A DNA stretch of 64,000 bases, from contig CAVTTO010000001.1 of the NCBI GenBank assembly GCA_963737725.1, positions 22,730 to 86,729 on the forward strand, given 5' to 3'. Below, one piece after another: positions 35,915-44,978 of this stretch. The translations under genes and the position numbers were made by a program. The first letter of the stretch is position 1, and each line of letters starts with the position of its first letter. The notes beneath the pieces are model-generated. The model did no database searches. It saw only the letters and a program-made list of their open reading frames with translations, and was not told the origin of the DNA. Origin of the DNA: an uncultured Actinomycetota bacterium (GTDB taxonomy: Bacteria; Actinomycetota; Actinomycetes; Propionibacteriales; Nocardioidaceae).

Positions 35915-38884
35915 TCAGGGAGTGGGGCGCGAATACCGCCGGCTGCGCTCGACCGCGGACGCCACCGCTGCGCGCGACCCGACGCCGAGCTTGGTGAAGA
36001 TGTGCGAGAGGTGGCTCTCGACGGTCTTCTCGCTGAGCACGAGATCGGCCGCGATCTGCCGGTTGGTCAGACCGGCACCCACCAGCGCCGCGACCTCCTG
36101 CTCGCGCCGGGAGAGAACGCCGAGGCTCTGCGGAACGCCCTCGCCGGCGATCGGTTCGCCGTCAGGAGACGATGCCGACGGCGACGAGCGCCGCCCCTGC
36201 GTCGGCAGTCGTACGCCGAGACGACGCATCAGTGCGCGGGTCTGTGCCTGCAGGTGCGCCGCCGAGCACTCGGCGAACGCGGCGTCGGCGAGCCGGAGGA
36301 CGTCGAGGCCGTCGCGACGAGCACCGTCTGCGGCGTATGACGTCCCGGCCGCCAGCAGCGCCCGCCCCTGTTCGAGCCGGTTGCCGACGATCGCGAACCC
36401 GTCGGCCGCATCCATCGCCGCGGCCGAGGCCTTCGCCCAGTCGTCCTGCGCGGCTGCCACGTGCGCGCAGGCCAGGGCGGCCGCGGCCTGCGGCGACTGC
36501 AACGGGAGCTCGTCTGCGGTCTGCGTGGCGAGCTCGGCGTACCTCGTGGCCGTCGTGACGTCCGGGGCATCCTCGTCGGCGAGCGCCGCGCGGGTGAGCA
36601 CCTCCCACCAGTCGCAACGGCTGGCCGGGTCGAAGCGTGGCAGCAGCTCACCTCCGCCGGCGATGACGAGGTCGTGCACGACCGTGGACGCGTCGCCGGC
36701 GACGAGATGAGCCTGGGCGAGCACGGCGCGCGCGACCGTGTCGAACCAGCTCCCGTGCTCGGACGTCTCCTGCACCGCGCGCTCACCGAGCCGGCGCGCG
36801 CGGTCGTGGTCCCCCAGCCAGGTGGCGACCCGGCACTGCATGGAAGCCGCCATGCCGATCAGCTCCGCGCTCTGGGTGCGGTGCGCGATCTCCGCCGCCT
36901 CGTCGAACGCCTCTGCTGCAGCGGGGAGGTCGCCCCGCAGCTTCAGCAGGCTGCCGTAGCCGACCAGCAGGTGCGTCATCAGGTGCTGGTGCGAGCCGCG
37001 CCGGGCGATGTCGAGACAGCGCGCCAGGTGGCGGAGCCCGTCGGCGTACTGCTCGTGGAACATCTCCACCCACCCGAGCCACAGTCCGGCCTCGAGATGC
37101 TCAGCCAGCTCGCTGTCGGTCAGCGCGTCGACCGACAGCGCCGCCGTCATCCGGTCGGCGACCGCACGCTCGTGATCACCATCGGCCATCGCGACGAGCG
37201 CGTGCAGGCTCCACGAACCGGCGAACAGGCCTGGCCGGGCGTGCCGGCGGCTGGAAGCGGCCGCGGACACGGCCTGCTCGGCGGGCACGCGCGCCCGCTC
37301 GAAGTCACCCCGCATCAGCCTCGTGGTGGCGAGGTCGATGAGCAGGGCGACGTCGCGGTCGATGTCGTCGACATGGCGGTCGGCGTCGGGGCGCGCCTGC
37401 CGCGAGCCGAGCTCGCGCGAGAGCATCGCGTCGGACTCTGCGTGCCGGCCGAGCAACTGGTCGAGGTGGGCGGCGAACCGGACGGCATCGACGCGGCGGT
37501 GGTCGGTCGCGTCGAACGTGCCGGCGACGTCGTGCGCCTCGGCGCGTGCCGCGAGCAGCTCGCCACGCGCGGTGTTGGCGCTGCAGCGGACCAGCCGCAC
37601 GTCGCGGACGTCCTCGACGCCGGCGGTGGCATGCAGCGTCAGGGCGGTCGAGAGCCAGCGCTCGGCCGAGGTCGGTGACTGGTCGACGACGTCGCAGGCG
37701 GCCTCGACCAGCAAGCGGGCGCAGGCCGCATCGCCGGGACGGGCGGTGGCTGCGACGTGCCGAGCGCGCTCCGCGGCGGATGCACCGTTCGCTGCCAGCA
37801 CCTGCGAGATGCGCCGGTGAGCGGAGACCCGGGTGGCAGCGGCCTGCTCCTGGTAGATGGCGAGCCGGAGCAGCGGGTGGCGGAACCGCCAGCCCGTCCC
37901 GACCTCGAGCGGAGCGCAGATCCCGTGCGCCCGGGCCTGGTCGAGCGCGTGCAGGGTGGACTCGAAGGTCTGGTCGCTCGCCTCCGCGACGAGGTGCGGG
38001 TCGAACATCGGCCCGAGCACCGCCGCGATCTCGACGACGGCGCGGACATCGCTCGGGAGTGGCTCGAGCTCGGCGGCCAGCGTGTGCCGGACGACGGGCG
38101 GCACGGCTTCCCGGTCGTCCGCGGAGCCAGGGCCTACCGAAGGGTGCCGGTGCAACGCATCGACGAAGAAGGGGTTGCCGCCGGTCGCGTCGAGCAGCGC
38201 CGTACGCCGAGCCGGACCCGAGTCGGGGAAGAGCGCAGCGATCTCGTCGCGCCCGAACCCGCCGAGCTCGAGGCGGCGCACGGAGAAACCGGGGGTGGAC
38301 GCCACGTCGGGACCGGTGCCCGCCAGCAGCCGCGTCGTCTCCGGCCGCGCCCGGTAGCCGAGCAGCAGCACGAAACCCGCTGGCGGTGGACGCCGGGCTA
38401 GCGAGGCGATCACGTCGAGCGACTGGTCGTCGGCCCAGTGCACGTCGTCGAGAGCCAGGAGCACCGGCCCGCGCGCGGCGAGGTTGGTCATCGCCCGACG
38501 CATCACCTCACGCCACCGGCGCAGGCTCGCCGCCTCGCCGGCGGCGCCGAGCAGGACGTCGACGTCGTCGGCCGGCACCCCCAGGTAGCGGCCGAGGCTG
38601 CGGGTCGGCCGTGAGTCCTGGGCCCGTTCGATCACGCTGCGAACGAGCGCGAACGGCGTGAGACCGGCGGTGTCGCCCGCCGCCCCGGTCAGCACGTCTG
38701 CGCCCGCATCGGTGGCGAGTCGGCAGGCTTCGATCAGGAGACGGCTCTTGCCGAGGCCGGCGTCTCCGGTGACGTGCAGCACGGTGGTACGGCGGTGGCC
38801 GGCATCGGCGACCGCCGCGGACACGACGGCGAGCTCCGTGGCACGACCGACCAACGGGAGCTCACCGACCGGTGGAGTGTGCAC
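35915..38884 (-). CDS. LAL-type LuxR-family regulator (N-terminal AAA/NTPase, TPR-like middle, C-terminal LuxR HTH)
   Basis: 989-aa ORF. The Walker A is GDAGLGKSRLL. The C-terminal region SRREQEVAALVGAGLTNRQIAADLVLSEKTVESHLSHIFTKLGV is a LuxR HTH. Confidence 0.9.
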   Translation of the reverse strand: MHTPPVGELPLVGRATELAVVSAAVADAGHRRTTVLHVTGDAGLGKSRLLIEACRLATDAGADVLTGAAGDTAGLTPFALVRSVIERAQDSRPTRSLGRYLGVPADDVDVLLGAAGEAASLRRWREVMRRAMTNLAARGPVLLALDDVHWADDQSLDVIASLARRPPPAGFVLLLGYRARPETTRLLAGTGPDVASTPGFSVRRLELGGFGRDEIAALFPDSGPARRTALLDATGGNPFFVDALHRHPSVGPGSADDREAVPPVVRHTLAAELEPLPSDVRAVVEIAAVLGPMFDPHLVAEASDQTFESTLHALDQARAHGICAPLEVGTGWRFRHPLLRLAIYQEQAAATRVSAHRRISQVLAANGASAAERARHVAATARPGDAACARLLVEAACDVVDQSPTSAERWLSTALTLHATAGVEDVRDVRLVRCSANTARGELLAARAEAHDVAGTFDATDHRRVDAVRFAAHLDQLLGRHAESDAMLSRELGSRQARPDADRHVDDIDRDVALLIDLATTRLMRGDFERARVPAEQAVSAAASSRRHARPGLFAGSWSLHALVAMADGDHERAVADRMTAALSVDALTDSELAEHLEAGLWLGWVEMFHEQYADGLRHLARCLDIARRGSHQHLMTHLLVGYGSLLKLRGDLPAAAEAFDEAAEIAHRTQSAELIGMAASMQCRVATWLGDHDRARRLGERAVQETSEHGSWFDTVARAVLAQAHLVAGDASTVVHDLVIAGGGELLPRFDPASRCDWWEVLTRAALADEDAPDVTTATRYAELATQTADELPLQSPQAAAALACAHVAAAQDDWAKASAAAMDAADGFAIVGNRLEQGRALLAAGTSYAADGARRDGLDVLRLADAAFAECSAAHLQAQTRALMRRLGVRLPTQGRRSSPSASSPDGEPIAGEGVPQSLGVLSRREQEVAALVGAGLTNRQIAADLVLSEKTVESHLSHIFTKLGVGSRAAVASAVERSRRYSRPTP

Positions 38885-38975
38885 GTTCCACGACCTTCAG
38901 CGGTGCGACTTCTCGGCGGCGATCTCACCCTACGCCTGACGCCCGTGAGGAGCGCCTGGTTTGTCGGCTGATACG

Positions 38976-39347
38976 TCAGCTGCGCTGCGGGAGCTGTTGG
39001 ATCGTCCAGCCGTTGCCGTCGGGGTCCTCGAAGTAGACGAACCGGCCCCACACCTGGTCGTCGATCCCGCTGACCTGGACACCGCGGCCGGACAGCTCGG
39101 CATGCGCCTGCTCGATGTCGTCGACGACGAGCATGAGCGAGCCGATCGAGCCGGGCTCGGCATCGACCAGTCCTTCGCCGAACGCGATGGAGCAGGCAGA
39201 GCCTGGAGGCGTGAGCTGGATGAACCGCAGCTCGGGACTGACGCGCTGGTCGTGGTCGGCGTGGAAGCCGACCTGGTCGACGTAGAACGCCTTGGACTTG
39301 TCGGGGTCGGAGACAGGGACGAAGACGACTTGCAGCTCGTAGTTCAT
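38976..39347 (-). CDS. VOC/glyoxalase-bleomycin-resistance family protein
   Basis: 123 aa. ...FVPVSDPDKSKAFYVDQVGF...LMLVVDDIEQAHAELSGRGV...FVYFEDPDGNGWTIQQ. Confidence 0.85.
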   Translation of the reverse strand: MNYELQVVFVPVSDPDKSKAFYVDQVGFHADHDQRVSPELRFIQLTPPGSACSIAFGEGLVDAEPGSIGSLMLVVDDIEQAHAELSGRGVQVSGIDDQVWGRFVYFEDPDGNGWTIQQLPQRS

Positions 39348-39423
39348 GGGTCAAACCTAGGTGCCGGCACCGACACTTCTCGCCGCCTCCCGGTCGCTCA
39401 CGCGCGGCTGCTTGGATGGGTGG

Positions 39424-40021
39424 ATGGTCGAAACGCCACGCCCTCTTGATGATGTCGACTGGCCGCTGCGCACCGAACGGCTGGTGATCCGCCGCGCCAC
39501 CGCTGACGACCTGGACGCGACCTGGAGCTTCCGCCGCCTCCCGGAGATCAGCGAGTGGCTCACCGCGCGCGCCGGAGACCCGGGAGGAGTACGCCGAGAA
39601 GTTCCTCGACGCAGATCGGCTGGCGGTGACGCTCGTGATCGAGCTGCCCGGCGCCGACCCGGCCGTGATCGGTGACCTGATGGTCGCGGTCGAGGACGCC
39701 TGGGCACAGCGGGAGGTCGCCGAGCAGGCGGCCGGAGTGCAGGCCGAGCTCGGCTGGGTCATCCATCCCGAGCAGCAGGGCCACGGGTACGCCCGCGAGG
39801 CCGTCGAGGCCACGATCCGGATGTGCTTCGAGGACCTCGGCCTGCGCCGGCTGACCGCGGGCTGCTTCAGCGCCAACGAGGCCTCCTGGCGGATGGCGGA
39901 GAAGCTGGGCATGCGGCGCGAGACAGCGACCGTCCGGGACTCCCTGCACCGGTCAGGCACCTGGATGGACGGTTACAGCTACGCCCTCCTCGCCGACGAG
40001 TGGAACCCGCCCGCTGGTTGA
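39424..40021 (+). CDS. GNAT-family (RimJ/RimL-like) N-acetyltransferase; one frame interruption
   Basis: ATG 39424 (MVETPRPLDDVDWPLRTERLVIRRATADDLDA...). The joint near 39578 connects to ...TREEYAEKFLDADRLAVTLVIEL...LGWVIHPEQQGHGYAREAVEATI... (ORF 39626..40021). Confidence 0.75.
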
Positions 40022-40172
40022 GCGGGCTCTTGGAGCGCACGTGGGATGAACGGGCGGGCAACAGGTGCGGTCGCTCCCGGGAAATCTGATCGCGCGGGGA
40101 TGCCCGCAGCGGCCACAGAGGTACCGTGCCCGGGTTACTCGGGACACACCTCACATCGGGAGACGCACACCC

Positions 40173-42155
40173 ATGACATCCTTCGGACCCACGCGGCGCC
40201 GGCTGGCTACGGCTGCCGTCGGCACCCTCGCGCTGATCAGCGCATCCGCCGCGACGCCGGCCTTCTCCACCCACCCGGCGGACACCGCCCGCGCCACCCA
40301 CGACGACACCGCCCGGCAGACCTACCAGCGGCTCGTCAGTGACGCGGACGCGTCGAAGCGCGCCGCCACCGACCCCGTCCGCCTCGACCTGCTGGCCATC
40401 AACGACTTCCACGGCAACCTCGACACGATCGATCCCAAGGTCAGCTCGTCCGGCCGGATCAACAACACGCCCGCCGGCGGGGTGGCGTTCCTCGCCCGAC
40501 ACCTGAAGAACCTGCGCAGCCAGGCCGCGGCCAACGGCGCGAGCACACTGACCGTCGCGGCCGGTGACCTGATCGGCGCCTCTCCGCTGCTGTCGGCAGC
40601 CTTCCACGACGAGCCGACGATCGAGGCGATGAACAAGATCGGCCTCCAGGTCGCGTCGGTCGGAAACCACGAGTTCGACGAGGGCTACCGGGAGCTGCTC
40701 CGCATGCAGCGCGGTGGCTGCATCGACGACGGTCCGGACGGCGAGAACAACCAGAACAGCTGCCCCGACCACGAGTTCGAGGGCGCCGACTTCAAGTACC
40801 TCGCCGCCAACGTGAAGTACGACGACGACAAGCCGCACGACGGCCAGTCGATCTTCCCCGGATACAAGATCGAGCGGGTCAACGGCATCAAGGTCGGCTT
40901 CATCGGGATGACGTTGAAGGACACGCCGACGATCGTGACGGCATCTGGCGTCGCCGGGCCTGAAGTTCACCGACGAGGTCGTCACCGCCAACCGGTTGGT
41001 GCCGAAGCTCGAGGCGAAGGGCGTGAAGGCGATCGTGGTGCTGCTGCACCAGGGCGTGACTCCCAGCGACCCGACCAACTACGACGGCTGCTCCGGCGTC
41101 ACCGGCGACGCACTCGACATCGCGCAGCGGCTCGACCCGCAGATCGACGCGATCATCAGCGGCCACACGCACCAGGCCTACAACTGCACGGTGCCGCGAC
41201 CCGGCCGGCCACCCGCGCCTGCTGACGAGTGCCTCGTCGTTCGGCCGGATGATCACCGACGTGCACCTGCTGCTCAACCCGAAGTCGCGGTGACGTGATC
41301 CGCCCTGCGGCGTACGCCGACAACAAGATCGTCACGAACAACCTGGACGGTCCGACACCGACACGACGCCGGACAACGACGTCAAGCCGGTTGCCGCGCT
41401 GACGAACCTGATCACGCTCTACAAGGATCTCGTCGAGCCGATCGCGAACGCGATCATCGGGCACATCGACCCCGCTGGCGACGCCCAACCAGAGCGTCAG
41501 CAGGACCGCCGACGCCGACGGTGAGTCGCCGCTCGGCAACCTGATCGCGGACGCGCAGAAGGCCGACCCGTCGGTCGTGCCCGACACGGGTCCGGCGGCG
41601 GGCGTCGAGCCGGTGATCGCCTTCATGAACCCGGGTGGCATCCGCGGTGACCTGGTGGAGAACGCCGCCGGTGACATCACCTACGGTGCCGCGTTCACGA
41701 CCCAGCCGTTCAACAACTTCGACTCGTCGATCGACCTCACGGGTCAGCAGATCCTCGACGTCCTCGAGCAGCAGTGGAACGGCAAGAACGAGGGCACCAC
41801 CAACAACAAGATCCTGCAGGTCAGCGGGATCACGTACACCTGGGACAAGTCCGACGCGGCGCTCGACGGTGGCGCCGACCCGAGCAACCCGACCGTGCGT
41901 GCGGTCGTTCCCGGTTCGGTGATGGTCGACGCCGACGGCGACCCGGGCACGCCAGCGGTCGCGCTCGACCCGACGGCGACGTACCGCGTGACGGCGAACA
42001 ACTTCCTCGCCGACGGCGGTGACAACTTCACGTTGCTCGCCCAGGGGACGAACCGGTTCGTGGGTGGCCTCGACATCGACGCGCTGGCGAACTACCTGAC
42101 GGCCAACGACCCGTACGTCGTCCAGCCGACCGACCGGATCACCAGCCAGCCGTAG
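40173..42155 (+). pseudogene. secreted bifunctional metallophosphatase/5'-nucleotidase (UshA-like), frame interrupted about 5 times as assembled
   Basis: ATG 40173 with a signal-like N-terminus. The metallophosphatase blocks are INDFHGNL, AAGDLIGASP, GNHEFDEG and ISGHTHQAY. The 5'-nucleotidase C-domain is ESPLGNLIADAQ...FMNPGGIRGDL...TANNFLADGGDNF. Frame changes occur near 40957, 41205, 41290, 41350 and 41472. Confidence 0.85.
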
Positions 42156-42158
42156 CCC

Positions 42159-42221
42159 GGCCTTCGGTGGTTGACGGCCTTCGGTGGTTGAGCCTGTCGA
42201 AACCGGCAGGCTCAACCACCG
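42159..42221. repeat. family-1 element, collapsed copy F with 17-bp tandem duplication
   Basis: GGCCTTCGGTGGTTGA occurs twice (42159-42174 and 42176-42191). The hairpin is CGGTGGTTGAGCCTG-N10-CAGGCTCAACCACCG. It lies directly 3' of the nucleotidase stop. Confidence 0.75.
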
Positions 42222-42263
42222 GGCAGTTCTACGACCGCCAGAGCCGCACGATCGGCGTCGACG

Positions 42264-43607
42264 CTACCGGTCGACGTCGTCGTCGGTGGTGCTGTGGTTG
42301 GACACCGAGATCCGCATGTAGCGCTTGCCGCGCCAGGCCGTCGCGCCCATCCAGCAGGTCCCGTCCTGCTGGACGCGGTCGACGACCGAGTCCGTCGTCG
42401 CGTCGTCGTCGAAGCGGACCAGCACCTGGTTGAGCACGACCTCGTTGCCGATCTCGGCTCCGGCGTCCCCGAGGAGCCGCGCGAACCGCTGGGCCGACGC
42501 GCAGTTGCGCTCGACCAGGTCGGCGACGCCGGAGCGCCCGAGCTGCTTGAGCGCTGCCCAGACGGCGAAGCCCCGCGCCCGGCGGGACGAGCCGATCACC
42601 AGCTCGCCGCCGTTCGGGTCACCGACTCCGACGCCGGTCAGGTACGCCGCGGAGTACGACGCCGCCTTCACGTGCACGTCCGGACGCGACACGAAGACCA
42701 GCCCCGAGTCGTAGGGGACGTTGAGCCACTTGTGCGCGTCGCAGCCCCAGGAGTCGGCGAGCTCGATGCCCGTCGTCAGGTGCTCGTACGCCGGTGACGC
42801 GGCCGCCCAGAGCCCGAACGCGCCGTCGATGTGGACCCAGGCGTCGTACTCGTGAGCCATCGGGATCGCGGTGGCCAGGTCGTCGCAGGCACCGGTGTTC
42901 ACGTTGCCCGACTGCAGGCAGACGATGGTCGGCGAGCCCGCGTCGGAGGCGAGCACCTCGGCCAGGTGCTGCGTGTCGATCGCGCCGTTGGCGTCGGCAC
43001 GGACCGGGACGATCGCCTTGTTGCCGTGCCCGAGCAGCCGCAGCGACCGGTCGACGGTGGCGTGCCGCTCCTCGCTCGCGACGACGCGGATCCGGCGGTG
43101 CTCCGTGCAGCCCGTCCTGCGCCACGTCCCAGCCGCGGTCGGCGAGCACCTGGTGGCGGCCGGCGGCGATGCCGATCGTGTTGGTCTCCTGCGCGCCGGT
43201 CACGAACCCGACCGAGGCGGTCTGCGGGATGCCCAGCAGCTCCTTGGCCCAGCGACCGGCGACCTGCTCGGCCGCGATCGCGGCGGGTGACATGACGAGG
43301 GTGAAGGCGTTCTGGTCCCAGCCGGTGGCCATCAGGTCGGCTGCCATCGCGGAGTCCACCGAGCCTCCGGTCACGAAGCCGAAGTAGCGCGGCCCCGCGG
43401 AGGCGACCAGGCCCGGCTCGGCCACCTTGACGAGCTCGCGCAGCACCTCGTCGGCCGGCGTCGGGTCGTCCGGCACGTCCGCGCCGAACGCCTGCCGCAA
43501 CGCCTCGAGGTCGACGGGCTGCGCGACGGTTCGCTCGGCCACGCCCGCCCGGTAGGCCTTGATCTCGGCAGCGGCGTGGTCGACCAGCGCCGTCTCTCCC
43601 CACTCAT
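42264..43607 (-). CDS. PLP-dependent group II decarboxylase-like enzyme; one to two frame interruptions
   Basis: ...FGFVTGGSVDSAMAADLMATGWDQN... is in ORF 42619..43542. ...HIDGAFGLWAAAS...DSWGCDAHKWLNVPYDSG... (PLP-lysine block) is in ORF 42264..42956. The joint is near 43099. ATG 43607 is in frame only after correcting the G-run near 43600; GTG 43542 is the alternative start. Confidence 0.8.
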
Positions 43608-43634
43608 GCCAGTGAACCTACGCCCCCGGTCAAC

Positions 43635-43688
43635 CCGCAACGTCCTGCATCGGAGGGGCTATGACCTCTCGGTTGCAGGACGTTGCGG
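43635..43688. repeat. 54-bp palindromic element, copy 1
   Basis: CCGCAACGTCCTGCATCGGAGGGG-CTATGA-CCTCTCGGTTGCAGGACGTTGCGG. The outer 15 bp of the arms pair perfectly. Confidence 0.85.
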
Positions 43689-43751
43689 CCTGTCCACAGA
43701 TGGTGCGCCGCTCCTGGTCCGGTCCGTCTCCGAGCAGCCACGGTTTCTCGT

Positions 43752-44689
43752 ATGACGACGACGCGGGCGCACCGGTTGCGGCGCCAGCATGTCGTGGCAC
43801 ATCTGGTGGCCACGCAGCGCGGCGTCGCGAGCCTTCCGCAGCTGTACGCCGCCGGGCTCTCGCGGGCCGACGTCCAGGCAGAAGTGCGCGGGCGCCGATG
43901 GCGGCGGGTCGGCCCCCAGTGCGTCGTCCTGCACAACGGGCCGATCTCTCCTGAGGCGATGCGCATCGTCGCCGTGCTCAACGCGGGCGCCGAGCCGCGC
44001 TCGACGGCGTGAGCGCGCTGATCGAGGCGGGACTCCGCAACTTCGAGGAGACGGTTGTGCATCTGTCAGTCAGCAAAGGCACGCGCTACCGGCGGCGTCG
44101 CGGTGTCCGTATCCACGAGACTCGGCGCCGCCGTCCGGAGGACGTGCTCGAAGGCTCGGTGCCGCGCGTTGCCACGCCGATCGCGGCAGTCCGAGCCGCC
44201 TTGTGGGCGCGGACGAACCGACAGGCGGCTCTCGTCCTCGCGATGACGGTGCAGCAGCGGCTGACCACGATCGACGCGATCGTCGACGCGTTCGCCACCG
44301 TCAAGCGTGATCGACGCCGCCGCTTCATCAAGGCTGTGCTGCGCGACATCGGCGCCGGCGCCGAGTCGATGGGCGAGCTCGACTTCCTGCGGATGTGCCG
44401 ACGCCGCAGCCTTCCTGCGCCGAGTCGCCAGGTCCGCCGCGTCCTGCCCTCGGGTCGCGCCTTTCTGGACGTCTACTGGGACGAGTTCGGCGTCGTCCTC
44501 GAGATCGAAGGCGCGCACCACCTGATCGCGGGCATCGCCATCGACGACTCACTGCGGCAGAACGAGCTCACGATCGACAACGACCGGGTGCTCCGGATCC
44601 CGGTGCTGGGGCTGCACGTCGCCGCCGACGAGCTCTTCGACCAGCTCGAACGCCTGCTGCGTCGTCGGGGCTGGCGCTCCGCCGCCTGA
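43752..44689 (+). CDS. DUF559 (Vsr/restriction-endonuclease-like fold) protein with AbiEi-like N-terminal wHTH; one frame interruption
   Basis: ATG 43752 (MTTTRAHRLRRQHVVAHLVATQRGVASLPQLYAAGLSRADV...). The joint near 43990 connects to ...AALDGVSALIEAGL... The C-terminal part ...FLDVYWDEFGVVLEIEGAHHL...RQNELTIDNDRVLRIPV is DUF559-like. Confidence 0.75.
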
Positions 44690-44978
44690 TCCGGCATACA
44701 ACGTCCTGCAACGGAGAGGTCATAGCCTCTCGGTTGCAGGACGTTACGGGCTCGAGTGCGTGGACGGCCTCGACGACGAGGGGGTCGAGCTGGGACGGGT
44801 CGCGCTCGATCTCGGCGACCAGGTCTGCCCGCATCCGCGGGTCCCAGAACATCGCGATGTGGTTGCCGACAGCCTTGGCCGCCTCGCCCTCGGGCAGGTG
44901 CGCGAACTGCCGCGCGATGTCGTTTCCCATCCGCACGACCGGGTGAACGGCCGGGTGGTCGGGATCAGGTTCAGCCAT
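44568..44978 (-). CDS. fdsD: formate dehydrogenase delta subunit (FdsD-like), ORF extended through the palindromic element
   Basis: MAEPDPDHPAVHPVVRMGNDIARQFAHLPEGEAAKAVGNHIAMFWDPRMRADL... is FdsD-like. From about 44750 downstream the ORF translates the repeat (VTSCNREAMTSPLQDVV) and the antisense strand of the DUF559 gene. Confidence 0.7.
   Translation of the reverse strand: MAEPDPDHPAVHPVVRMGNDIARQFAHLPEGEAAKAVGNHIAMFWDPRMRADLVAEIERDPSQLDPLVVEAVHALEPVTSCNREAMTSPLQDVVCRIRRRSASPDDAAGVRAGRRARRRRRAAPAPGSGAPGRCRS
44695..44748. repeat. 54-bp palindromic element, copy 2
   Basis: ATACAACGTCCTGCAACGGAGAGG-TCATAG-CCTCTCGGTTGCAGGACGTTACGG. The right arm is the same as copy 1 apart from one base. The 6-nt centre is the reverse complement of copy 1's centre. 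Confidence 0.85.
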
